From: Gemmatimonadales bacterium
GTDB taxonomy: Bacteria; Gemmatimonadota; Gemmatimonadetes; Gemmatimonadales; GWC2-71-9
Reading direction: 5' to 3'
DNA length: 44,981 nucleotides
Assembly: GCA_035573835.1 (NCBI GenBank)
Contig: DATLZT010000185.1
Location: forward strand, 1-44,981
Below, one piece after another: positions 27,690 through 35,873 of this stretch; positions within the stretch are counted from its first letter, which is position 1; each line of letters opens with the position of its first letter. The notes below the pieces were generated by a model. It ran no database searches. It worked only from the letters and a program-made list of their open reading frames with translations, and was not told the DNA's origin. Both the position numbers and the translations under genes were made by a program.

Positions 27690-28828
27690 GAGCCGAGCAG
27701 CTCCGCCGCCAGCTCCGCCACCCGCTCGGCCCCCCGCGGGCCAGGCCCGGATCCGCCCGCACCGAGCCGCGCCCGGACCTCGGCCAGCCCGGCCCGCTGG
27801 GCGACGGTGAGCGGGTCGGCCGGGTCGAGCAGCGGACGGACCGCCGCCGCCAGCCGCTCGGGGGTGAGCTCGCCCTGGACGAGCTCGGGGACAACCGCGC
27901 GGCCCGCGATCAGGTTCACGAGGCTGATCCAGCGTGTCGTCACCAGCCGCCGGGCGACGGCGAAGGTGACCGGACTCAGCCGATAGGCCACCACCATCGG
28001 CAGGTCGGCCAGCGCCGCCTCGAGCGTGGTCGTCCCCGACTTGGCCAAGGCCGCGTCGGCGGCCGCGTGGACCAGCGATGGGTCACCCCGGTGGATCCGG
28101 ATCGGCCCGGGGTCGGGGTACTCCCCTGCCGGTACCGCCGCCACGACCGCCGCGTGGCAGCGTCCTTCGGCCAGCAGCCGCCGGGCCGCCTCGGCGAACA
28201 CCGGCCAGTGCCGCCGGATCTCCTCCCGGCGGCTCCCGGGAAAGATACCAAGCACCCGGCCCCCGGGCGGAACGCCGAGCCGCTCGCGAGCCTCCCCCCG
28301 GGAGGGCGGTGGATCCCGTTCGAGGAGCGGATGGCCCACGAACTCGCTCCGGAGTCCGGCTCGCCCGAAGAACTCGGTCTCGAAGGGGAGGATGACCGCC
28401 AGCCGGTCGACCGCGGCGGCGAAACGGCGGGCTCGCCCGGGCCACCACCCCCAGAGCTGGGGCGCGATGTAGTAGACCACCGGGATCCCGGCCCGCTTGG
28501 CCGCCTCGGCCACGCGCAGATGGAAGCCGGGGTAGTCGATCAGCACGACCAAGTCGTACCGCCCGGCCCCGAAGGCCCCCCGAAGCCTGCGGAGGAGCCG
28601 AAGATGGACCCGGAGTTTCCCCAACACCTCCACGATCCCGAACGCGGCCAGCCGATCGATCGGGTGGATGATCGTGGCGCCCGCCGCCGCCATCCGGGGC
28701 CCCCCGACCGCGTCGATCTCGGCGTCGGGGAACCGGCGCCGGAGCGCGGTCACCACCCGGCCGCCGTGGAGATCCCCGGAAGGCTCCCCGGCGGACACGA
28801 GGAGCCGGATCGGGCGCCGCCCCCTCAC
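27686..28828 (-). CDS. lpxB: Lipid-A-disaccharide synthase
   Basis: 380 aa with GTG start: LLVSAGEPSGDLHGG...IDYPGFHLR...YYIAPQLWGWWPGR. Confidence 0.92.
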   Translation of the reverse strand: MRGRRPIRLLVSAGEPSGDLHGGRVVTALRRRFPDAEIDAVGGPRMAAAGATIIHPIDRLAAFGIVEVLGKLRVHLRLLRRLRGAFGAGRYDLVVLIDYPGFHLRVAEAAKRAGIPVVYYIAPQLWGWWPGRARRFAAAVDRLAVILPFETEFFGRAGLRSEFVGHPLLERDPPPSRGEARERLGVPPGGRVLGIFPGSRREEIRRHWPVFAEAARRLLAEGRCHAAVVAAVPAGEYPDPGPIRIHRGDPSLVHAAADAALAKSGTTTLEAALADLPMVVAYRLSPVTFAVARRLVTTRWISLVNLIAGRAVVPELVQGELTPERLAAAVRPLLDPADPLTVAQRAGLAEVRARLGAGGSGPGPRGAERVAELAAELLGS

Positions 28829-29802
28829 CTCGGCTCGAGGACGACCGGCGCCCGCTGGATCGCTTCCGTGACCCGGAGCGCGAGGGCCAGCGCCGCCCGC
28901 CCCTCCTCGCCCGTCACCACGGCCTCCCGTTCCCCCTGGACCGCGTGCACGAAGCTCTGCAGCTCGAGCCGCAGCGCGTCGGCCTCCGGCGCCTCCAGCC
29001 GGACCTGCTCGACGATGTCCTCGAGCCGGGTCCCGAGGCCCGGCTGCCAGCCCGGCTTGAGCCGCATGAATTCGGCGGTCCCGGCGGCGAGGTCGAGCGA
29101 GAGATAGCCGGACGGCTGGAAGATCCGGAGTTTCCGGATCCGCTCCCGCGCCACCCGCGAGGCGGTCACGTTCGCCACCGTCCCCGCAGCGAACTCCACC
29201 CGGGCGTTGGCCATGTCGAGGTGATTGGAGAGGACCGTGGCGCCGCTCGCGCGGACGTCCGTGGCCTCGCCACCGCCGGTCAGGTGAAGCAGCAGGTCCA
29301 GGTCGTGGATCATGAGATCCAGGACCACGGCCACGTCGGTGCCGCGGGGCTGGAACGGCGCGAGCCGCTGGCTCTCGATGAACCGCGGCTCGTGCAGGTA
29401 GGGAAGCGCCGCCCGGACGGCCCGGTTGAAGCGCTCGATATGCCCCACCTGGAGCTGGACACCGCGCCGCGCCGCCTCCGCCACCAGCGCGTCGGCCTCG
29501 GCCAGGGTGGCGGCCAGCGGCTTCTCCATCATCACGGCCACCCCGCGCGACAGCGCCCGGAGCCCGACCTCGGCGTGGGCCGACGTGGGGACCGCGACGG
29601 TGACCGCGCGGACCCGGCCGAGCAGCTCGTCCAGGTCGTGGAAGGCGCGGACGCCGAACTGTTCGGCCGCCTTGGCGCTGTGGGCGGGGGTGTGGTCGTA
29701 GATCCCCACCAGCTCCGCCTCGGGGAGGGTCGCGAGGTGACGCACATGGTGGGTGCCGAGCGCGCCGATCCCGATGACGCCGATCGGAAGCCGCGCCGTC
29801 AT
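28825..29802 (-). CDS. Gfo/Idh/MocA family NAD-dependent oxidoreductase (GnnA-like candidate)
   Basis: 325 aa. The Rossmann N-terminus is IGVIGIGALGTHH, and EKP is present (MMEKPLA). The ATG at 29802 overlaps the lpxA stop, and its stop overlaps the lpxB start. Confidence 0.82.
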   Translation of the reverse strand: MTARLPIGVIGIGALGTHHVRHLATLPEAELVGIYDHTPAHSAKAAEQFGVRAFHDLDELLGRVRAVTVAVPTSAHAEVGLRALSRGVAVMMEKPLAATLAEADALVAEAARRGVQLQVGHIERFNRAVRAALPYLHEPRFIESQRLAPFQPRGTDVAVVLDLMIHDLDLLLHLTGGGEATDVRASGATVLSNHLDMANARVEFAAGTVANVTASRVARERIRKLRIFQPSGYLSLDLAAGTAEFMRLKPGWQPGLGTRLEDIVEQVRLEAPEADALRLELQSFVHAVQGEREAVVTGEEGRAALALALRVTEAIQRAPVVLEPR

Positions 29803-30575
29803 GCCGGTACGCCTCGCTCCGAGGACTCCACGAAGGCGATGAGGGTCTCGATCTCCCGACACCGGGGCAGGTCGAGTCGGGCCCGCTCCAGCGCCTGCGA
29901 CATGTTCAGATCGGAATTGAAGAAGAGGCGGTACGCCCGCTTGAGCGCGGCGATGGTCTCGGGGGCGAAGCCCGCCCGCTGGAGGCCGATGGAGTTGAGT
30001 CCGTAGAGCTCCATCGGGTGGCCGTCCGCCCGCACGTAGGGCGGGACGTCCTGGGTGACCTTGGTGAGGCCGCCGATGAAGGCGAACGTGCCGATGGTGA
30101 CGAACTGGTGGACGGCGATGAGGCCGCTGAGGCTGGCGCGGTCGTGGATGGTGACGTGCCCGGCGAGCTGGGTGCCGTTGGCGATCGTCACCCCGTCGCC
30201 CAGGTGGCAGTCATGGGCGACGTGGACGTAGGTCATCAGGAAACATCGCGCCCCCACCCTGGTGGTGAAGCTCGCGGCGGTGGCCCGGTTGATCGTGGCG
30301 TACTCCCGGATGACGGTGTCGTCTCCCACCTCGACCCAGGTCTCCTCGCCCCGGTACTTGAGGTCCTGCGGGTCGCCGCCCAGGAGCGAGCCTTCGCCGA
30401 TCCGGACCCGCTCGCCCAGCCGCACATTGCACTGCAGCGTCACCCGGGGTCCGATCCGGCAGCCGCGGCCCACCGTCACCCGGGGCCCCACGATCGCGAA
30501 GGGGCCCACGACGACGTCCTCCGCCAGCTCCGCCGTGGGATCGATCAGCGCCGTGGGATGGATCTGGCGGGTCAC
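29799..30575 (-). CDS. lpxA: Acyl-ACP--UDP-N-acetylglucosamine O-acyltransferase
   Basis: 258 aa. The GTG at 30575 overlaps the upstream stop (GTGA). It has left-handed beta-helix hexapeptide repeats and a C-terminal helical domain (AYRLFFNS). Confidence 0.92.
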   Translation of the reverse strand: MTRQIHPTALIDPTAELAEDVVVGPFAIVGPRVTVGRGCRIGPRVTLQCNVRLGERVRIGEGSLLGGDPQDLKYRGEETWVEVGDDTVIREYATINRATAASFTTRVGARCFLMTYVHVAHDCHLGDGVTIANGTQLAGHVTIHDRASLSGLIAVHQFVTIGTFAFIGGLTKVTQDVPPYVRADGHPMELYGLNSIGLQRAGFAPETIAALKRAYRLFFNSDLNMSQALERARLDLPRCREIETLIAFVESSERGVPA

Positions 30576-31843
30576 TTGTCCACCACCTTCGCCATCATCT
30601 CCGCCTCGGTCACGACGTTGCCGTCCACGTACGCCACGCCCCGCATGCGGAAGGTGGTGCCGCGGAGCTGGAGGATCTCCACCTCGCAGCGGAGCTGGTC
30701 GCCGGGAACCACCGGCCGCCGGAACTTCACGTTGTCGAGCGACATGAAGTACGCGACCTTGGTGTGCGCGTCCTTGATCGCGTTGAGCAGGAGCATCCCG
30801 CCGACCTGCGCCATCGCCTCGATGATGAGGACTCCCGGCATGATGGGATGGCCCGGGAAGTGGCCCTGGAAGAACGGCTCGTTGATCGTGACGTTCTTGA
30901 TCCCCACGATCCGGCGGGTCCCGTCCATCTCGATGATCCGGTCCACCAGCAGGAACGGATACCGGTGCGGGATCACGTCCAGGATCCGGCCGATGTCCAT
31001 CGCCACCCCGCCCTGGCGCTGGGCCGTCCGGGTGAGCGCCCGCGCCAGCGCCACGTTCCCCCGGTGGCTCGGTCGGGTCGCCACGATGTGCGCCTGGACC
31101 CGTCCCCCGGCCAACGCCAGGTCGCCGACGATGTCCCCTGCCTTGTGCCGCACGAACTCGTCGGGCCACCGGAGCGGGCCGTTCAGGACCCCCTCCTCGC
31201 CCAACACCACGACGTTGGCCTCGCTCGCGCCCAGCGCCAGCCCCTTGGCCCGCAGCGCCTCGACCTCGCCCAGCAGGCCGAAGGTCCGCGCCGGGGCGAT
31301 CTCGCTGGCGAAGCGCTCCGGCGTCAGGTCGAACGAGCCGACCTGGCGCCCGATGCAGGGGTGGCCCCACTCGATGATCGTCGTGAGGCGGAGCTGCTTG
31401 GCCGGCGAGACGACGTAGGTCGCGTCGCCCTCCGTCACCTGGAACGGCGCCTGGACGCGGTAGATCACCGGCTCGCCCTCCTGGGCGGTCACGCCGGCGT
31501 CCCGCAACATCGTGAGATACGGCAGGAACGAGCCGTCGAGCGCCGGCGGCTCCGGGCCGTCGACCTCGATGCGCAGGTCGTCGAGCTCGAGTGCGGCGAC
31601 GGCGGCGAGGAGATGCTCGACGGTGTGCACCGCGGCGTCGCCCTGCCCGAGCGTGGTGCGCCGTTCGGTCTCGATCACGTGGTCGAGCTGCGCCGGGAGC
31701 TCCGGCGCTCCCGGGAGGTCCACGCGGCGGAATCGGATGCCCTGGCCCGGCGCCGCCGGATGGCAGGTGACCGTCGCCGGGGCTCCGGTGTGGAGCCCGG
31801 TGCCGGCGACGCGGCAGGGCCGCGCGATGGTGTTCCTAGCCAC
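30572..31843 (-). CDS. lpxC/fabZ: Bifunctional UDP-3-O-acyl-GlcNAc deacetylase / 3-hydroxyacyl-ACP dehydratase (LpxC-FabZ fusion)
   Basis: The N-terminal LpxC part has GTGLHTG, HTVEHLLAA and DEFVRHKAGDIVGDL. The C-terminal FabZ part has IPHRYPFLLVDRI and FFQGHFPGHPIMPGVL. GTG start. Confidence 0.92.
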   Translation of the reverse strand: MARNTIARPCRVAGTGLHTGAPATVTCHPAAPGQGIRFRRVDLPGAPELPAQLDHVIETERRTTLGQGDAAVHTVEHLLAAVAALELDDLRIEVDGPEPPALDGSFLPYLTMLRDAGVTAQEGEPVIYRVQAPFQVTEGDATYVVSPAKQLRLTTIIEWGHPCIGRQVGSFDLTPERFASEIAPARTFGLLGEVEALRAKGLALGASEANVVVLGEEGVLNGPLRWPDEFVRHKAGDIVGDLALAGGRVQAHIVATRPSHRGNVALARALTRTAQRQGGVAMDIGRILDVIPHRYPFLLVDRIIEMDGTRRIVGIKNVTINEPFFQGHFPGHPIMPGVLIIEAMAQVGGMLLLNAIKDAHTKVAYFMSLDNVKFRRPVVPGDQLRCEVEILQLRGTTFRMRGVAYVDGNVVTEAEMMAKVVDK

Positions 31844-32879
31844 GGTGCTCTCGTTGCTCCCGTTCCGTCACCAACGACTCGAGGCGCGAGGCGATCGGCG
31901 CCAGCCGGTACATCGCCGCCTGGGCCCGGAGGAACTCCCGGTGCTCCCGCGCCGGGAAGCCGCCGTACGTCTTCCCGGGCGGGACGTCGGTCCCGAGCCC
32001 GCTCGCGGCGGTCACCCGGGCGCCGTCGCCGATCTGGACGTGGTGCGCCACGCCCACGCCCCCCGCGATGATCACGTCGTCGCCGATCCGCGCGCTGCCC
32101 CCGATGCCCACCTGACCGGCAATCAGGCATCGCTGCCCGATGCGCACGTTGTGGCCGATCTGGACCAGGTTGTCGATCTTCGTGCCGCGCCCGACGACCG
32201 TGTCGTCCACGCTGCCGCGGTCGATGCAGGTCTGCGAGCCGACCTCGACGTCGTCCTCGATGATGCAGCCGCCCACGTGGGGCAGCCGCCGGTGGCCGGC
32301 GCCGTCGGCGACGTAGCCGAAGCCGTCCCCGCCCAGCACCGCCCCCGCCTTCACCACCACCCGGGCGCCGACGCGGGTACCGGTGCAGCAGACCACCCGC
32401 GGGCCGATCACCGAGTCGGGCCCGACCGTGACGCCGTCCTCCAGCACCGCCCCCGGCCCGATGCGGCAGCGGTCGCCGAGGCGCACGTTCCGCCCCAGCA
32501 CGGCGTAGGCCCCGATCGTCACGTCCGCCCCGAACGTCGTCCCCGGCCCGAGCCTCGCGGTCGGGTCGATGCCCGGCGCCGGTGGTTCGGGGGGGAAGAG
32601 CGCCTGGACGGCCGCCAGGAGGGCGCGGTGCGGATCGGCGACGACGATGCGGGTGGCGGGCCCGGCCGGCTCCGCCGCGAAGGCCTCCGGCAGGAGGACC
32701 GCCCCGGCCGCCGACGCCCGAAAATACGGGAGGTACCTCCCCGAGACAAGAAACGACAGCGTGTCGCCCGTCGCCCGGTCGAGCGGGCCGACCCGGCGGA
32801 GCACCACCTCCCCATCGCCAAGCAGGCGGCCGCCGACGAGGTCGGCGACCGCCTGCGCGGTCAGGCCCGGGGCCGTCAC
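31836..32879 (-). CDS. lpxD: UDP-3-O-acylglucosamine N-acyltransferase
   Basis: 347 aa with GTG start. It has an N-terminal uridine-binding domain, hexapeptide repeats and a C-terminal helix. The stop overlaps the lpxC/fabZ start by 8 nt. Confidence 0.92.
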   Translation of the reverse strand: MTAPGLTAQAVADLVGGRLLGDGEVVLRRVGPLDRATGDTLSFLVSGRYLPYFRASAAGAVLLPEAFAAEPAGPATRIVVADPHRALLAAVQALFPPEPPAPGIDPTARLGPGTTFGADVTIGAYAVLGRNVRLGDRCRIGPGAVLEDGVTVGPDSVIGPRVVCCTGTRVGARVVVKAGAVLGGDGFGYVADGAGHRRLPHVGGCIIEDDVEVGSQTCIDRGSVDDTVVGRGTKIDNLVQIGHNVRIGQRCLIAGQVGIGGSARIGDDVIIAGGVGVAHHVQIGDGARVTAASGLGTDVPPGKTYGGFPAREHREFLRAQAAMYRLAPIASRLESLVTEREQREHRG

Positions 32880-32883
32880 GGCG

Positions 32884-33420
32884 CTACTTGCTGGCGCGGA
32901 GCCGCTCGATCACCCGCTGGGTGAGGTCGAGCGACTTGTCGGCCGAGACGATCCCGCTCCCCGGCGCGGTGATGTCGAAGATGACCGCGTAGTTCCCCTC
33001 GGCGCGGATCCCGTCGATCACCGCGTTCACCCGCTGCTGGATCGGGTCGAGCAGCTCCCGTTCCCGGGTGGCCGCCCGCTCCCGCAGCTCCTGGGTGCGC
33101 TGCTCCAGCTTCTGCTGCTGCGTCTCCAATTCCTTCCGCTTCGCGTTCCGGGCGGTCGGGCTGAGCAGCACCGACTGCTGCTCGAAGTCCTGCGCCGCCG
33201 AGTCCAGCGACGCCTGGAGCTTCGCCACTTCCTGCCGGTAGCCCTCGAGTTCGCGGCTGAAGGTGGATTCGGCCGTCGCGTACCCCGGCGTCTGCTGCAG
33301 GATCAGCCGACTGTTCACGTAGCCGATCTTCGGACCGCCCTGGGCCGCGAGCGGCGCCGGGATGATCGACAGGACGCCGGCCAGGGCCACGATGGCGGAG
33401 CCAACCACGAATCGCTTCAT
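32884..33420 (-). CDS. skp: OmpH/Skp family periplasmic chaperone
   Basis: 178 aa. Signal peptide MKRFVVGSAIVALAGVLSIIPAPLAAQ followed by a long coiled-coil. It occupies the conserved position between bamA and lpxD. Confidence 0.88.
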   Translation of the reverse strand: MKRFVVGSAIVALAGVLSIIPAPLAAQGGPKIGYVNSRLILQQTPGYATAESTFSRELEGYRQEVAKLQASLDSAAQDFEQQSVLLSPTARNAKRKELETQQQKLEQRTQELRERAATRERELLDPIQQRVNAVIDGIRAEGNYAVIFDITAPGSGIVSADKSLDLTQRVIERLRASK

Positions 33421-33452
33421 GCCGTTCTCCAGACGAAGGTACGGGAACACGA

Positions 33453-35873
33453 TCAGAAGAAGTTGCCGAGCTTGAAATGCAGCTTCCACCCCGGCGCCGG
33501 CCGCCCGTTGCGGTCCACCCGGTCGAAGCCGTAACCGAGATCGATGCCGATGGGCCCGAGCGGCGAGATCACCGCCGCGCCGACGCCGGCGCCGCGGAAG
33601 AGCCGGGTCGGGTCCCACTGCCTGGCGGTGCGATACACGTTGCCGGCGTCGAAGAACGCGCTCAGGTAGAGCGACTGGCTGACCCGGGCGCCCGCCTCCA
33701 CCGTGAAGGCCGCGTACGACTTGCCGAACGCGTCGGCGGTGGCGTTGCTCCCGTTCGCCTCGGGGTCGAAGCCGTTGGGCGTGATCGAGAACTCCTCGTA
33801 GCCGCGGAGCGGGATCCCGAACTGGGTGCCGCCCAGCGAGAAGAGCTCCTGGAAGAACGGTCCGGGGTCGCCGAAGATGAAGCCGGACTTGGCGGTGAGG
33901 CCCAGGACGAACTGGACCCCGCCGCTCCCCAGCTCCTCGCTCCCGCCGAGCGTGCCCAGCGGCGCGTACCAGCGGCCCTCGAGATCGACCTTCCGGTAGT
34001 TGCCGCTGCCGCCCAGGAAACCGCCGTTGAGCTCGCCGCCGATGTTGGTCATCGAGCCGCCGACCGCGAACGGCAGCCCGATCCGGGTGTCCCGCAGGAC
34101 GCTCAACCCGAGCGTCGAGCGGGTGCACCGGCTGCAGCGGAAGCGCTCCTGGATGTCCTCCGACCCCTCGCTGAATCGGTAGTCCTGGATGCCGTACGAG
34201 GTGAACAGCCGGGTGTAGCGCGAGCCGAAGAACGGGAAGCCGAGTTGGAGGCTGCCGCCCGCCCGGCGGACCCGGCCCAGGTCCTCGATCGTGTAGCGCT
34301 GGCGCGAGTTGAAGAGCGAGATCGTGCCCGAGATCCGGCTCTCGCGGATCGAGGGATCGGTGTAGCTCAGGGTGAAGTCGTTGACCCGACGCCCGAACTG
34401 CCACTGGAACCGGCCCCGCTTCCCCCGCCCGAACAGGTTGGGCTCCTCCAGGCCGAGGAAGCCGCCCACGCCGGTGCCCTGCCCCAGCGAGGCGCCGAAG
34501 TTGATGTTCCCGGTCCGCCGCTCCTCCACCCGGAACACGATGTCCACGTCCACCCCGTTCTCGGTGGGCCGGACGTCGGGCGGCGGCAGCGGCTGCTGGA
34601 AGAAGCCGAGGTTGGAGATGTTCTGGTAGGAGCGGATCAGCCGGTCGCGGTTGAAGACGTCCCCCGGCAGCAGGACGATCGCCTCGCGGATCACCCGCTC
34701 GTGGGTCACGTCGTTGCCCACGATCTCGATCCGGTTGATCGTGGCCGGCTGCCCCTCCTGGATCGACCAGCGCAGGTCGAGCACCGGCGTCCCGTCGGGC
34801 GCGGCGCGCCGGGTCACCTCCGGCTCGACCCGGGCGTAGATGTAGCCCTGGTTGGCGTAGAGGGACTGGACCCGCTCGGTGGCCTGCTCCCACTCCGCCC
34901 GGTTGAACGGGACCGCCCGGCGCTCCGCCCCGTGGAAGGGATAGAACGCCATGAGCTCGTCGGTGGAGAAGCGCCGGTTCCCCGAGATCGAGAAACTGCC
35001 GACCCGGTACTGCCGTCCCTCCTCCACCGCGAGGTGGAGCACCGCCCGCCCGCCGAGGGAGTCCACCGCCAGCGAGTCGTCCACGACCTGGAAGTCGATG
35101 TAGCCGCGGTCGCCATACCAGTCGGGGAGCCGGTCCCGGATGTCCCGCTCCAGCTTCTCGTCGTCGTACTCGCCCCGCTGGAACCACCAGAATCCCTCGG
35201 GGCGGGTCGCCATGTGCTTGACCACTTCCTTGTCCGGGAAGCGCTGGTTGCCCTCGACCACGATCTGGCTGATCGCGACCCGGTCCCCCTCGGTCACGTC
35301 GAAGACCACCCGCACCCCGCCGTCCTGCCGGATCTCGTTGACCCTGACCGACGCGGTGTAGTAGCCCTCCGACTTGTACAACGAGTCGATGGAGGCCCGC
35401 GAGCGCTCCAGCGCCGCCCGGTCGAGCGCCCGGCCCTCCACCAGCGACACCCGGCCCTTCACCCGCCCCTCGGAGAGGCGGTCCACGCCACGCACGGCCC
35501 ACCGGAGGAGGATCGGGCGCTCCTTGACGACGAACGCCAGCACCGACCGTCCCCCGACCTGCCGCTGCTCGACGGTCACGTCGTCGAACTGGCCGGTACG
35601 GAAGAGGGCCGCGATGGCCCGCTGGACGTCGCGATAATTGATGACCTGGCCCGGCGCGATGCCCGCCGTCCCGGCGATCTGGGCGGCGGTGAGGCGGGTA
35701 TTGCCTTCGACGGCGACGCTGTCGACCCGCACGCCGCCGTCGTCCTGCCCGGCGAGGGATGCCGGACGGACGACGGCGAGCAGGCAGGCGAGCGGCAGGG
35801 CGAGCCGGCGGAGGGCCCCGGCGAGGGAGCGCCGGCGCCGTCCGCCGGGGCGGACGGCGACGGCAGGCCTCAA
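33453..35873 (-). CDS. bamA: Outer membrane protein assembly factor BamA
   Basis: It has POTRA repeats, a C-terminal 16-strand barrel region and a terminal aromatic residue (KLGNFF). The signal peptide is LRRLALPLACLLAVVRPASLA-GQ. The only in-frame start that keeps the signal peptide is TTG at 35873, which overlaps the clpC stop (TTGA). Confidence 0.85.
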   Translation of the reverse strand: MRPAVAVRPGGRRRRSLAGALRRLALPLACLLAVVRPASLAGQDDGGVRVDSVAVEGNTRLTAAQIAGTAGIAPGQVINYRDVQRAIAALFRTGQFDDVTVEQRQVGGRSVLAFVVKERPILLRWAVRGVDRLSEGRVKGRVSLVEGRALDRAALERSRASIDSLYKSEGYYTASVRVNEIRQDGGVRVVFDVTEGDRVAISQIVVEGNQRFPDKEVVKHMATRPEGFWWFQRGEYDDEKLERDIRDRLPDWYGDRGYIDFQVVDDSLAVDSLGGRAVLHLAVEEGRQYRVGSFSISGNRRFSTDELMAFYPFHGAERRAVPFNRAEWEQATERVQSLYANQGYIYARVEPEVTRRAAPDGTPVLDLRWSIQEGQPATINRIEIVGNDVTHERVIREAIVLLPGDVFNRDRLIRSYQNISNLGFFQQPLPPPDVRPTENGVDVDIVFRVEERRTGNINFGASLGQGTGVGGFLGLEEPNLFGRGKRGRFQWQFGRRVNDFTLSYTDPSIRESRISGTISLFNSRQRYTIEDLGRVRRAGGSLQLGFPFFGSRYTRLFTSYGIQDYRFSEGSEDIQERFRCSRCTRSTLGLSVLRDTRIGLPFAVGGSMTNIGGELNGGFLGGSGNYRKVDLEGRWYAPLGTLGGSEELGSGGVQFVLGLTAKSGFIFGDPGPFFQELFSLGGTQFGIPLRGYEEFSITPNGFDPEANGSNATADAFGKSYAAFTVEAGARVSQSLYLSAFFDAGNVYRTARQWDPTRLFRGAGVGAAVISPLGPIGIDLGYGFDRVDRNGRPAPGWKLHFKLGNFF

